Source: Felis catus
Lineage: Eukaryota
Assembly: GCF_018350175.1 (NCBI RefSeq)
Contig: NC_058369.1
Location: 12,340,001-12,404,000 of the forward strand
Direction of reading: 5' to 3'
Length of the DNA stretch: 64,000 nucleotides
The position numbers were made by a program, and so were the translations under genes. Below, piece by piece: positions 12,401 to 23,663 of the stretch. The stretch's first letter is position 1; every line of letters begins with the position of its first letter. The notes under the pieces are model-generated. The model searched no databases. It had not been told where the DNA came from and worked only from the letters and a program-made list of their open reading frames with translations.

Positions 12401-15400
12401 CTTCTGCTGCTCTCACGGGAACCGTCCCCTTCAGCCAGGCCAAGCTCAAAGCCAAACTTGGCAGCCAGTCTTGACGGCTAAGCGCTAGCCTCACCAGTAA
12501 TCTGTGCTTCTGCCGGTTTCCTCTCCAGGCCTGCTTTGGCTCAAGTGTCTGATTTTTTTTTAAGTTAACCTTTGTCGTAAGGTACCAAAGAGGCTGTGCA
12601 GAAGTAAACGCTGGCCTGGCCTCGGGAGGGCTGTGTGTGTGGTGGGGGTGGGTTTCAGGGCGGTGGGACAGAGGGTAGCAGAGAGGACCCATGGGAGGGA
12701 CCTGAAGCAAAGCAGAGTCGGGCAGCAGGGTGACTGAGTGAGCAAGTGTGTGTGTGTGTTTGTCAACGAAGAGAAGTGGGCAGCTGACACAGACAGATGC
12801 CTAAAGACACCCAGAAGCTGCCCGAGGAAAGTAAGGAGTCAGGGGACGGTGGCCCGGGTGACGTGAAGGGTCTAGGGGAGGGGCCAAGATGTAGGGGATG
12901 GTGGGGTGTCCTCCCGACGGAGGGCTCATGGCTCAGACCAATCCTCCTCTGGGGTCTTTGGACACGCGACGCCCACAGTCCCGGGCCAGGCCAAGCTACT
13001 GAGTGCAGAACAGCAGCCCAGTAGAGGGCCAGAAGAGGGGGGACAGGCAAGGCGGAGCCTGGCGGGGCCCTCACCAGTGGTGCAGCACGTCGTTGATCAG
13101 GTAGATGAGGTGCAGCCGCAACTCGAAGTGTGCCCCGTCGGCTGTGATGCGGTTCCGGAGGTGGCCCGCCATCAGCTCGCAGTGAGGAGGGGACTTGGCG
13201 TTGCTAAACATCCAGTTCTTCCCGGCCTGCAACAGCCAGGCCGATGGTGAGCAGGGATGAGCTCCCCACCGGGCCACCACCCGTGCAGGCGCCCAGGAGG
13301 CCGAGGGCGGGCCCTGAGGGCGTGGCGTCCAAGCATTCCGCTGCACACCCAGGCTTCTGCCTGCCTCGTGGCTCCCTCTCCCCGGAAGCAGCACACCTGC
13401 CCGCAGGGCTCGAGAGCGGAGACAAGGGGCAGATGAGGTTCCCCCCAGAGCACTGCCACCCTACGCAGGCCGCAGAAGGCTCCCATCTCATCGGGAGCGC
13501 CAGATTCTGGGAGCACCCACCCAACCCCCCCTCCCGCACTCACCGAGATGGCATCTTTGGTACACGTGTCGATGATGGGTTGAAGCAGGTTGTCAAACTC
13601 ATTCATGTCCAGCTGGGTCTCCTCCAGGAGCTTCTGCATCTGCTGCTCCACCGCGTGGGCCACGGCCGCTGTCACCTGCTCCTGGGAGGCCAAGCAGGAG
13701 GGAGGCTGAGTGAGGAGGGACCTCAGCCCAGGCTGAGTCGGGCCCATCCACGCCCTGCCCCCAGCATCAGGAGGTCCCGTCCCTCACACCCGAAGCCCGA
13801 GACACGCATCTGGGACAGTCATGGTCACAGCCATGACCAGGGCAGGCAGGGAGAAGATAGAACAAGACAAAACGTAGCAAGAGATGATATCTGCCCCCGA
13901 GGCGATGGATGGAAAAACGAACACCCAGAGGGGCAGCCAATCAATTCAACAAAAACAGAATGAAAACTGAGCGACCAGTGTGGACAAACAGTCCAAAGAC
14001 AACACACAGTCACCGGTCAAGGGAAAAGAGAGCAACCACACTAGCAGTCGGGGAAACGGGAGTTAAAACGTGGCGCGGGGTCTCGCACGCTAGATTCGCA
14101 GACCGCGAAGTGGCTGAGGCCCAGTGCTGCTGTGGGCTGTGCAGTCAGCTCAGGGCTGGCCGAGCCGGGCCACCCAGTCCCGGACGAGCTCTGCATGGGA
14201 ACCGAGGGGGAGCGTTCTGGAAGGTTTTGTTTTCGGCAAAATGACAGTAGTTTTACATCCTGAATCTGGTAATAAAAAAGGAGCTGGCGCTTCAGGTGTT
14301 TTATTTTTTATTCATCGTCTTTCTGGCAATTCGTCCTGCTGTACTTTGCCAAAAACTCAAACCGTGACAAATCAGGACCAAAGGGTCCTTCCCCGTGACA
14401 GCCTGGGGTGGCCTAGCTGGCAGGAGCTGGGGCCAATGGCACCAGAGGCCACCCGGCCTTCGAGCGCGTGGCCCCACTTGTGGACGTCCACCCCATCACG
14501 AAGGGTGTCCGCGCGTCAAAGAGCTTGTGGAATGACTTCATGAAGAACTGTGTCCCGCGTCAGGGGCCCCGCCAAACACATCCCAAGGGGTGGCAGCCCT
14601 GTCTTCAGTGCTGGCACATGGTGGCGGATTCTTCTGATAACCGTTCTTAGTCCCAACACACAGATGCAAACGCTGAGGCCCAGGCTGAGCTCCGGCTACC
14701 CGCTTCAGGACCAAGAGGGGAAGCAGGGAGGGCCCCAGGCCTCCTCGGGACCCCCCCTCCTCCCAGGGCCAGCAGGGGAGGGAGGGAGAGGGCAGAGGAG
14801 GAGCAGGCCCCGTACCTGTCTGAGAGCTAACAGGTGCTGCTCCTGCTGCTGCAGGTTCCACTGGCTCTGCTGGATAAGCTCGTCCATGGATGGGGCTCCC
14901 TGGGCCGGCGGGATGGGCGCAGCCGGGGCCAGCGGGGGCTGAGGCAGGGGCGGCAAGGCCGCGGCCGGCTCCAGCTCCGGGGCCTGCTGCTTGCAGATGA
15001 CTGGTGACAGAGGAGGAAAGGTGGCCCCCATGAGGAGGTGGCCAGGGTCCAAGCGTCCCCGCGGCTGCCCATTGGGCAGCTCCAAGGCGCAGAGACTTCC
15101 CCTCCCTATTCGAGCCGTCCACAAGAGGACCCCCATGCTGCACGGCAGCCCCTCACTCTGAGCCCGGCTCCTCCCGCTCTGCCCTCAACTCGAAGGGCCC
15201 TAGTCCTGCCCTCGACCCTAAGGGCCCTCTTCTGTGTGACGTCACCTTGCCCTTCCCTAGCCTGCCATCCGGCCTTGCCCACTGGCCTTCCAGCTGAGAA
15301 CTGAGCCCATCACCCCCCACCCTCTCCACCCCTCACCCAGGCCCCAGCCCAAGTTGAACCCAGATCATAAACAGCCCCACCCCAAGGGGGTCTCTCGTTC

Positions 15401-18400
15401 CCCAGCCTCCTCAGCAGTTTCTGTCTTTAAAAACTTTGTCTCAGGCCTCCTCTCAACAACTTTACAGCTGAGGCTCATCTTTAATTCTGCGCCTCCCGTT
15501 TATCTCGTTCCATGGCGGTCTGGCTCTGCACCCCCCTCCCGCCAACCCCTGTGGACATCCTTCTTCAGGCCGGCGGCCCGGTCTCAGGTCCCAGTCTCAC
15601 TTGGCCTGTGTGGCCGCCCCCAGGCCCCGCCGTCTTTCTCTGCCCGACCCTGGGATGCTGGGATGCCTAGTTCCACCCTCTTCTCTGCGAGAGCCCACAG
15701 GGGAGCGTGACGTGGTAACTTGAGGCTGCAGTTACGTTTGCAAGCCACGGCTCCTACCTCTGTTGTCACCATCCTGTATTGCTTGCACTGTGGATCCGAT
15801 TACAGACCCAGCAGCCCACGGGCTTTCCACAGGCACCTCAAACAGGCACACGTGTCCTCTCGCCGCGTGCTCCACCTCTCCAGGGCCCTTCCCAGGCTCC
15901 GCGGCTGGCACAGTTAGGCCCACGCCCGAAGCCCATGAGGTCTTGGCACTCCCCACTCCCTTGCACCCTACACTGACAGGTCACCCCGGGTAGTCAAGTC
16001 GGAACCTCCTACATCACACTCCGATCTGTGTCCCTGCCGTCACTGCTGTGACTCTGCGGTCACCTGCATCGCCCTTGGAACTGGTCTCCCGAGTCCAGTC
16101 CTGCCCTCTACACCTCTTCGCAATACCACAGCCAGAGTGCTGCTGGTGAAAGTGTGGTCCGAGGGTCAGCCCTTGGCGAAACCCGGACCGAACATACAAA
16201 TGGCCAACGATCACTCTGGCATCTTCATAGCGGCTTGATGGTTCGCAGTTCACTTTGTTGTATTTTGCAAAAGTACACTTTCCACAACAGGTTGGGTTTT
16301 AAAAAAATGAAAAATAAAATCTAATTCTTCACCAGAGTTTGTGAAGCGCCATTCTAGAACAGTCTTGGGGCTCACTCTTCTCAAACTACCAGGGTGAAGG
16401 GCCAGCTACACAGTGGCTAAGCCTGCTCCAGAACACAGTACTGAAATCCTCCAAGATCTCCCCAAAAGCTTCCAGAATTCCTAAGTCCCTGGCAAGCCAG
16501 CCCTCCGTCATCTGTACCCTGGCCTCTGTCCACTCCAACAATCCTTCCTTCTCTGCGTTTTAGCCACCCTGAGCTGTTGCTCCCTCCACTCCCAACCCTC
16601 CCTAAGGCTCTTTCCTTTGCCTAAACACTGCTCTCCTCTGTTTCCATCTGACTAACTCTGACATCCTCTTTAATCTCAGCAGAGATGTCGTTACCAGCAG
16701 AAGACATTTCCTGAGCCAACCTCCCCTGTTAGAAGCACCCCATCCTTCCCCCCCATTATAATGCCAAGTCCCAAGCAGCCCCCAATTTCTGACAGTCCAG
16801 GGAGGGAGTGGGCTCCCTTGCAGGGAAAACAGCACCTCACCTCATGGTCACTTGGGCCAAAGCACTGTCCTCTGCCTGGTTATGACACCCTTATAAATAT
16901 CCAACTGGGGCCCTAGTTCATGGATTCTACCCCTTAACCCTACTTGCCCCCATGCCCACTCCCTCTGACCCAACCTGCTGACCTAATTCAGACCTTACCA
17001 TCAAATGCCCTGTTCCGTCACGTGCAGACCTCACTGGTCCCAGCCTCCATTCGTGCTCCCTCCACCCTGTCCTCCACACTGGCCCCACAAACCTGACCCA
17101 CCTCTCCCTTCTTTCAAACACTCTCGTGGCTTTCCACTGCCTGTAGCAGCTGGGTGATGTGCTGGGGCTGATGAATGGTTGCTCCAAAACACTTAAGTAC
17201 ATACAACAATTTGCCTACAATTGCAGGCAAACCCCCACCTACACCTCAAACCTAACTCCTAACTGGCACCAAATGAACTACTGGAATGAGGGAGAAAATC
17301 CAAACTTTCCCCTGGTATTTATCACTCCAGCTCAAACCCTTCCCTCCTCTACACACGTTCTAGGCTCTAGCCATGGTGGGCTTCTCACAGTACTCTTATG
17401 GCTCCCTAAACACACCGTGTTTATTCAAGCCAACGCACATTTGCTGTTTCTTACCACCTTTTTATTGAACACCTACTACCTACCACGTATTATATAACAC
17501 AACGACCCAAACAAGGTCTGGTTGGCTTCAGGAAACCTATAGTCTTAGGAAATATACACCTTTCGATGCCTACCACTTGGCAACCCCCTACTTATTCATT
17601 TAATGTCATCTACAAGCTTGAAATGTGATACTAAACAAGACAGATGTGGGCTCTTACCACGTGGTGACTATTATTCAAGGGCCATTCTAAACCCATCTTA
17701 AACTCTTTGAGGGCAGGGCTGGAAGCCTGATACACAACTCAGTGAACATAAATAAATGGCAAATATCTGCCAAGAACTAAAACCCAAAGAACAAGTCTTT
17801 TAGATCTGGACTGCAAACACCTGAAATGCACAAAAATCTTGCTAGACCCAAGAGTCCCGCAAAGGGTTCTGGACACCTGCCACTAGGGTCCCAGTCCAGC
17901 CTCTATCACTTCCGCTCTGGAAAACACTGAAGCGGCCACTCTACTTCTGCTGACCTAAGTCATCACATCTGCAAAACAATACAGAAATCCCTGATCCGGA
18001 GCCCAGGAAGAGGATCAATAACCTCGTTCTCCATTACACTCGGACCCAGCAGCCGCTCGGGGCACGGCCCTGGGATCGTGAAGGCCGAGCTGCCCCATTT
18101 TTGGAGACTGAGCATGCGGCCGAAAGAAGGCGGTTTGTGGCAGAGCACGAACTGGAGTCGGAGAAAGGAATCGCTTGGAAGGGGTGGCCTGAGAGCTGGA
18201 GAGAACTCACGCTGCTGCTGCTCCAGCGCCAACTTGCACTTGTAGTAACTGTAGAACTCGCCTCCGAACAGAAAAGAGAATTTCGGGTTGTCCTTCTGCT
18301 TTTCCATCGTCATCTTCTCAAACTCGGGCCCGTTGCGAGCCACGAACTGGGCCAGCTTGTCGATGACATTTCGAAGCTCCTGGTCTGGAGGACGGAGAAA

Positions 18401-18718
18401 AGGCCACGCGGGGCGTCAGGGAGGACCGCCCAAATCCGGGAGCCCTGGCGTCCCAGCCCCCGTCCGCCGGGCCGGGGTCCCTGGGGCTGCGCCCCGGAGA
18501 GGCCGCCCTTGTACGGGTCCCGATAGAGGCCACACGCGCGCCGGGGATGCGGGGACCCGCGGGAGAGGCCGCAGGCGAACCCGGGAGGCCGAGCCCCGCC
18601 CCCTCCTAGGCCCGGAAACCCCGGAAGGCGGGGCGGGCCAAGAAGGGATTCCGGGGAGAGAGAAACGGTCCCCGAGCCGAGGCTGGGCCTCACCGTCGGG
18701 CGGCAGGGGCATCTCCAT
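1204..18718 (-). CDS. CHERP: CHERP, calcium homeostasis ER protein / U2 snRNP-associated SURP-CID-RS-G-patch splicing factor; whole CDS span, 17 coding exons, 2757 nt, 918 aa
   Basis: Joined exons read MEMPLPPDDQELRNVIDKLAQFVARNGPEFEKM...SYSFIARMKARDECK*; all junctions GT-AG and in frame. Confidence 0.97.
1667..1761 (-). CDS. CHERP: CHERP exon 16 (start of G-patch)
   Basis: SSAGLGSNSAPPIPDSRLGEENKGHQMLVKM; TTTTAG acceptor, GTAAGG donor. Confidence 0.94.
2245..2361 (-). CDS. CHERP: CHERP exon 15 (RS domain)
   Basis: SRSRSRSSRS...RSRSRSPTP; CTGCAG acceptor, GTAAGA donor. Confidence 0.94.
2452..2595 (-). CDS. CHERP: CHERP exon 14 (RS domain)
   Basis: GPSRSRSRSKSRGRSSSRS...; AG/GT boundaries. 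Confidence 0.94.
2873..2959 (-). CDS. CHERP: CHERP exon 13
   Basis: EGWEQNGLYEFFRAKMRARRRKGQEKRN; AG/GT boundaries. Confidence 0.94.
3560..3693 (-). CDS. CHERP: CHERP exon 12
   Basis: LEDHEYKPLDPKDIRLPPP...DRPRN; AG/GT boundaries. Confidence 0.94.
4694..4932 (-). CDS. CHERP: CHERP exon 11
   Basis: MGPPHHHPGH...PYFDLPAGLMAPLVK; TTTTGCAG acceptor, GTAAGG donor. Confidence 0.95.
5240..5520 (+). mobile_element. MLT1-type (ERVL-MaLR) solo LTR fragment
   Basis: gttatgggctgaattgtg...tatttggaga...ctgtgctttggtgcagccc pattern. Confidence 0.65.
6146..6581 (-). CDS. CHERP: CHERP exon 10 (Pro/His/Trp-rich)
   Basis: PPEQPPYPHHQGG...YPQGDFPA; AG/GT boundaries. Confidence 0.95.
8302..8477 (-). CDS. CHERP: CHERP exon 9
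   Basis: DSKPPIQMPGSSEY...APWGQQQ; TAG acceptor, GTATTT donor. Confidence 0.94.
9264..9522 (-). CDS. CHERP: CHERP exon 8 (polyQ and Pro-rich)
   Basis: ATLINEYSSVVQ...Q14...PPTTQP; AG/GT boundaries. Confidence 0.95.
9370..9411 (-). repeat. CHERP: Coding (CAG)4 CAA (CAG)9 repeat = Q14
   Basis: Counted from sequence. Confidence 0.95.
9820..10040 (+). mobile_element. CAN-SINE with (AAAAAAC)n tail
   Basis: ggggcccctgggtggctcagtcagttaag head, CT-rich body, A tail. Confidence 0.9.
10060..10240 (+). mobile_element. MIR SINE
   Basis: core cctcaatttcctcatctgtaaaatg. Confidence 0.7.
11095..11184 (-). CDS. CHERP: CHERP exon 7
   Basis: LLQLWEKNGYFDDSIIQQLQSPALGLGQYQ; AG/GT boundaries. Confidence 0.95.
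11299..11410 (-). CDS. CHERP: CHERP exon 6
   Basis: QRKQARELLAALQK...QQKIAR; AG/GT boundaries. Confidence 0.95.
13075..13226 (-). CDS. CHERP: CHERP exon 5 (CID domain)
   Basis: AGKNWMFSNAK...LIYLINDVLHH; AG/GT boundaries. Confidence 0.95.
13544..13681 (-). CDS. CHERP: CHERP exon 4
   Basis: EQVTAAVAHAV...CTKDAIS; AG/GT boundaries. Confidence 0.95.
14816..15000 (-). CDS. CHERP: CHERP exon 3
   Basis: ICKQQAPELEP...HLLALRQ; CACCAG acceptor, GTACGG donor. Confidence 0.95.
16500..17660. mobile_element. Degraded L2-like fragments in CHERP intron 2
   Basis: Pyrimidine-rich L2-like motifs, e.g. ttattgaacacctacta; approximate. Confidence 0.45.
18211..18384 (-). CDS. CHERP: CHERP exon 2 (SURP domain)
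   Basis: CTCCAG acceptor, GTGAGT donor; QELRNVIDKLAQFVARNGPEFEKM...LEQQQ. Confidence 0.95.
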
Positions 18719-19560
18719 GGCTCCGGCCGCAAGGAACGTCCTCCGGCGCCTCACGATCGCCCACCAGCCCCGTCTGCGGAAGCCGGCCGGAAGTGGCGCG
18801 AGGGAGCCGTTTACGGCTGGTCTCGCGGGCGGCTTCCGCCCTCCACTTACGGCCGTCGCCGGGAAACCGCGGAAGGGAGGGCAGAAGGCGGGCGGGAAGA
18901 AGCCGCGCGATTCTGGTCGCTAGTGATGCGCACGCGCAGGGGCCTGCCCGCGCTTGCGCGGAGTGCGCCGCTGTCGCGCTCCGCCCCGGAACGTGGGGAA
19001 AGGCGCGGACTACCGTTAGCCGCCGCCGCGGCGTTCTCCCGAGCCGGCGTCGCAGCTGGAGGGCCTGGCAGGTTGCGTGCTCCGCTGGACAGCTGCCTGG
19101 GGAGTCCCTGCGCCGGTCAAAGCCTGTGTTTCCTCCTCGCGAGGCTGAGGTGAGAAGACTACGAGGTGAGGTGCGTCCGGGAGGCTCCCGGGCCGTGACG
19201 CCGGTCACATCTTCCCGGGCGTTAGAACCGGGAGGCGACGGGCTTGGCGGGGATGGAACTGAGCTTGTTGAACTTCACAAGATCCTTCCGCTCAGTTTCT
19301 TTCGCTCGACCTAACGCTTTGGTAAGGAAGACTTTGGGGCGGGGGGCCTACGCCACCCTCGCCGGCCTCAGACTGCGTCCCCTTGGGGCTCGCGTGGTTT
19401 CCGTGCAGTCATTCAAGCGGCGTGGAATGAGCGCCCACGACCTGCGGGTGCCCGGCCTTCTAGACTGCGCGCCCAGTGGGCTCGGCGCCTTCCTGAAAGA
19501 TGCACATTCCTTCCCAGATGATGACGAAGCGAACGCGTGCTGATGGTGGGGAAAGATAAA
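18330..19560. promoter_or_regulatory. CHERP CpG-island promoter with ETS (CCGGAAGT 18787-18794) and NRF1-like (TGCGCACGCGCA 18927-18938) sites
   Basis: Very high GC and CpG density around exon 1; motifs read directly. Confidence 0.85.
18694..18718 (-). CDS. CHERP: CHERP coding exon 1 (MEMPLPPD)
   Basis: GCCATGG Kozak ATG at 18718; donor G|GTGAGG. Confidence 0.93.
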
Positions 19561-19771
19561 AGCAGTAGCCGTAGACGTTAGAGAACGTAGACTGGACGTC
19601 CCGGCCAGCCGACCTTCTTGAGATTTGCCGTTAACGCTTGGTTGGCTCTACGTCCCTATTTTTTCTGTGCAAATAAGCGTCCATACATTTTAGATACTTT
19701 TCTCTTTGGTTACAAATTTCGCCACCTGACGCTCATGGATTATCTCCTGTATGTCAGATACTGCTCTAGGC

Positions 19772-20108
19772 CAGGAATTGGCAAACTTTCTCTATAAAGG
19801 GCCAGATAGCAAATATTTTAGGCTCTGTTGGGCCAAGAGGCAAAACGGAGCATAGTATGTAGGTACTTGGCGTAACCAAAGAGAAAATGTCCCTAACATT
19901 TTTTTATTGGTGGCATTCAGAATGTAATGATTAAGCAGTTTTTAAAATACAGGTCTGCTGAGAAAAATAGAATGCTTTTTTTGGCGGTTCTAAGTTGGTC
20001 TTCCCTGGCATGAGTTGATTGCAGATGTTCCCTAGTGGAGACTATTCTTGGTTCACGGAAAAGCAGGCTGAACGTGGCTTGTGATGTCCCAGTGGTGCCT
20101 GAACTCTG
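19772..20108 (+). mobile_element. MER58-family hAT-Charlie DNA element
   Basis: caggaattggcaaactttctctataaagggccagatagcaaatattttaggc terminus. Confidence 0.7.
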
Positions 20109-20727
20109 CTCTCCTGAGCAGGCAGCTGAGGAGGGGCAGAGACCTATAAATCAGTAGACAAATACGTCATTCCAACCGTGTTATTAAGGAAAACAGCTGG
20201 GTACCGAGACCTTGATGAGGGAGGGGGGTCTGGCCTGCCCCTGGGAAGTGAGGTTTGCACTGAGATCCTACTCTGCAGCAAGCTGTGTGACCACACCAGG
20301 CAAAGGGAGCACGGATGTTGGTCTGTTCAGTATAAAGCCCAGTAATCCGGGGGCTGCAGGTGCCAGTAAAGGTCTACATCGGGGTTTTAATTTGTGATCC
20401 GCCACGGGTGGAATTCAGAGATAGCACGCTGTTGTACCTATATGTGTTTTCGTGAGTTAAAGATACACAGTGTTTTTTTAGAGTCTTAACAGGATCTGTG
20501 AGCCAAGACAGGTTAACGAGTCTGTATGGTCATTTCTCGTGACTGCTCAGGACAGTGTGATGCGGATGTACAATAATTTATTCAGGCCAGACTCTATGGA
20601 GTCTCTGATTGATTCCACTTTTAGGCCACTGTTAAAATGATTTAGCGTAGGATGTGCACATTTAATACTGATAATGCTCAACTGTCCCCTCAAATGATTA
20701 TGTAAACCTGTGACCACTTTTATACGG

Positions 20728-21129
20728 TCTTTTTTTTTTTAAGTTTATTTATTTTGAGAGAGAGAGAGAGAGAGAGAGAGGAGGGGAGGGACAGAGAGAG
20801 AGGGAAAGAGAGAATCCCAAACAGGCTCCACACTGTCAGTGGTACTCGAACCCATAAACTGTGAGATCATGACCTGAGCTGAAATCAAGTCAGACGCTTA
20901 ACCAACTGAGCCACCCAGGCACCCCTACATTTATTTTTTTTAGTTTTAATGTTGTTTTTTGGGGGGAGAGGCGGGGGGGGGAGGACAGAGGATCTGAAGT
21001 GGCTCTGACACTTGTGGTGCTGACAGGCTGACAGCAGCAAGCCCGATGTGGGGCTCGAACTCACGAACCATGAGATCATGACCTGAGCCAAAGTCAGACG
21101 CTCAACTGGCTGAGCCACCCAAGCGCCCC
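20728..21129 (-). mobile_element. Two tandem CAN-SINEs
   Basis: Two reverse-strand heads ending at ~20925 and 21129. Confidence 0.88.
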
Positions 21130-21635
21130 ACTACATTAATTTCTTAGTGTTTAAAATGCCATTTATCTGAAACTGAACATTTAAGCATCAGGCGGCCTCA
21201 CGCAGACGCCTTTCCGTGAGCCAAATGAGAATCCACTGGTCAAAAGAAAGCAGTAGAGTTGCCAAAAGCAGAGGCTGCTGCACCGATGGTCTCAAGAACC
21301 TGGAAACAACTCTTAAGGAAACCAGTAAAATGCATACTCCTGGGCGAGATGAACTTGAAGAGACCCCTCCCGCTCACCCCAAGAAGCAGAATGGAAAAAT
21401 GTCTAAAGCCATATGCATACCTGCTTTGACCTGCAAACATGCTGTGAAGGATTTATCCCAATTCAGAAGTACGTGCTATGCTGTGCACTGCAGTTATCCC
21501 ATAAAATGGTGTTTAAATGTGCGGCAGTAGGGATCGGTTAATTATAGCACATTCCCTCAATAGAATTCCCTCAATAGAACAGACGCACAAAATCAAGAGG
21601 ATATTTAATAACATGAGGAAATGTTTCTGGCATAC

Positions 21636-22103
21636 TTTTTTTTTTTTTTTAATGTTTATTTATTTTGAGAGAGTGCGTGAGCAGGGGAGAGGCAGAGAGA
21701 GGGAGACAGAAGATCCAAAGCAGGTTCTTGCACCAAGTGCAGAGCGCCCAGTGCGGGGCTTGAACTCACAAACTGTGAGATCATGAGCTGAGCTGAAGTT
21801 GATGCTCAACTGACTGAGGCACCCAGGCACCCATGGCATGTTTTTTTAAAGCGGGTTATAAAATAATATGCATATGACATGTTTTGAAAGAAACATGTAT
21901 ATAACAGGGTGCCTGAGTGGCACAGTCAGTTAAGCATCTGCCTTTGGCTCAGGTCATGATCTTGTGTTCTGTGGGTTCGAGCCCTGTGTCGCGCTCTATT
22001 CTGACAGCTCAGAGCCTGGAGCCTGCCTCTGATTCTGTGTCTCCCTCTCTCTCTGCCCCTCCCCTGTTTGCTCTGTCTCTCTCAAAAATAAACATTAAAA
22101 AAA
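21636..22103. mobile_element. CAN-SINEs at 21636-21833 (-) and 21907-22103 (+)
   Basis: tRNA-derived heads and (CT)n/A tails. Confidence 0.85.
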
Positions 22104-22113
22104 GACGCATATA

Positions 22114-22330
22114 GGGGCGCCTGGGTGGCACAGTCGGTTAAGCGTCCGACTTCAGCCAGGTCACGATCTCGCGGTCCGTGAGTTCGAGCCCCGCGTCGGA
22201 CTCTGGGCTGATGGCTCAGAGCCTGGAGCCTGTTTCCTATTCTGTGTCTCCCTCTCTCTCTGCCCCTCCCCCGTTCATGCTCTGTCTCTCTCTGTCCCAA
22301 AAATAAATAAACGTTGAAAAAAAAATTAAA
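22114..22330 (+). mobile_element. Young SINEC_Fc-type SINE with TSD AAAAAAAGACGCATATA
   Basis: TSD at 22097-22113 and 22331-22347; CpG-rich near-consensus body. Confidence 0.92.
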
Positions 22331-22479
22331 AAAAAAAAGACGCATATATACCCTTCCCACAGGCAACTGCTGTGTTGTCTTTTGTGTGTCTTTCCAGAAA
22401 CATACTGTGTATTCACAAGCACATTTATATATCCATATATTTTGGAAATTGTTCCCTTCACACATAGATCTAGCTCATT

Positions 22480-22628
22480 CTTTTTTTAAGTTTATTTATT
22501 TTGAGAGTGAGAACACAAGTGGGGGCAGGGCAGAGCCCAACTCGGTGCTCTGTCTCACAACCTTAAGATCGTGACCTGAGCCAAAACCAAGAATTGGATG
22601 CTTGACTGACTGAGCCACCCAGACACCC
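22480..22628 (-). mobile_element. Truncated CAN-SINE
   Basis: ctgagccacccagacaccc head on the minus strand. Confidence 0.8.
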
Positions 22629-23442
22629 TTAACTCATTCTTTTTGATGTCTGTATAGTACAGATATTTTTTAGCTTTAACAATTTTTTTCAAGCTGAAAA
22701 AATACATAGACAATAAAAGTTGTTATTAAAAAAGTAGTGGGTGACTAAGGAAGTCTAATGCCCATCCAGACCTGTCGTCTCAATAAAGCCAAAGCTTGAT
22801 GTTACTGTCAACCTCGTTTCCTACAGTAACTGAACCCCGTGTGGTCAACTAGCTGAAGCCACAGCAGGAGGAATGATGTGGGAACAGAGAAGGTCCTATC
22901 CAGTCTTTGAGGGAGCAGCATTCCTCAGGGCCTGATCTTGTCAACGAGCCAGCCTCTGGTCACAAAGGAGTTGCCCTGGGGAGATAGATAAATGGGAGTA
23001 TTCCAATCCCTGGAGTGTTCAGCCCCAGGTAGGAGTTGAGACTAGTGTCTGAACAACGGGGCCGCGTGCAGCATGAGCTGTTATTCTCCGTAGTGAGGCA
23101 GCAACTCCATCCTGGGGCAGAGCCTCTGGAGGCCCCGTTGCAGCTGCAGTGGTGGACTGCCAAGCCACCAGGTCGCCCGGACGGGAGGGCTCCGTCAAGG
23201 TCTTACTGTGGCAGCATGGCCCACACAACTGCAACGAAAGGACACACCCCTGAGGACATCACCTCTCATGGCGAGTACATGACAAAGGTGAGGAAAAACA
23301 AAACAGCTCACTTTATCTTGGCCGCTCTGCCGGGCAAAGGGGCCCTGGCTTGGAGTCAGACACTCCTGGATTCCCAGCTTGGTCCATGGGCTTTGTTTCC
23401 ACTTCCCTGGAAAATGGTGCCAGTATCTCCCTCTTGGGTTCT

Positions 23443-23663
23443 TTTTTTTTTTTTTTTTCAACGTTTATTTATTTTTGGGACAGAGAGAGACAGAGCATGA
23501 ACGGGGGAGGGGCAGAGAGAGAGAGGGAGACACAGAATCGGAAACAGGCTCCAGGCTCTGAGCCATCAGCCCAGAGCCCGACGCGGGGCTCGAACTCACG
23601 GACCGCGAGATCGTGACCTGGCTGAAGTCGGACACTTAACCGACTGCGCCACCCAGGCGCCCC
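23443..23663 (-). mobile_element. Young SINEC_Fc-type SINE with 15-bp TSD TCCCTCTTGGGTTCT
   Basis: TSD at 23428-23442 and 23664-23678. Confidence 0.93.

Noticed and set aside
23036..23500. 154-aa + strand ORF between SLC35E1 and CHERP
   Set aside because: Non-ATG start, runs into a SINE, no recognisable homology; treated only as possible non-coding exon sequence
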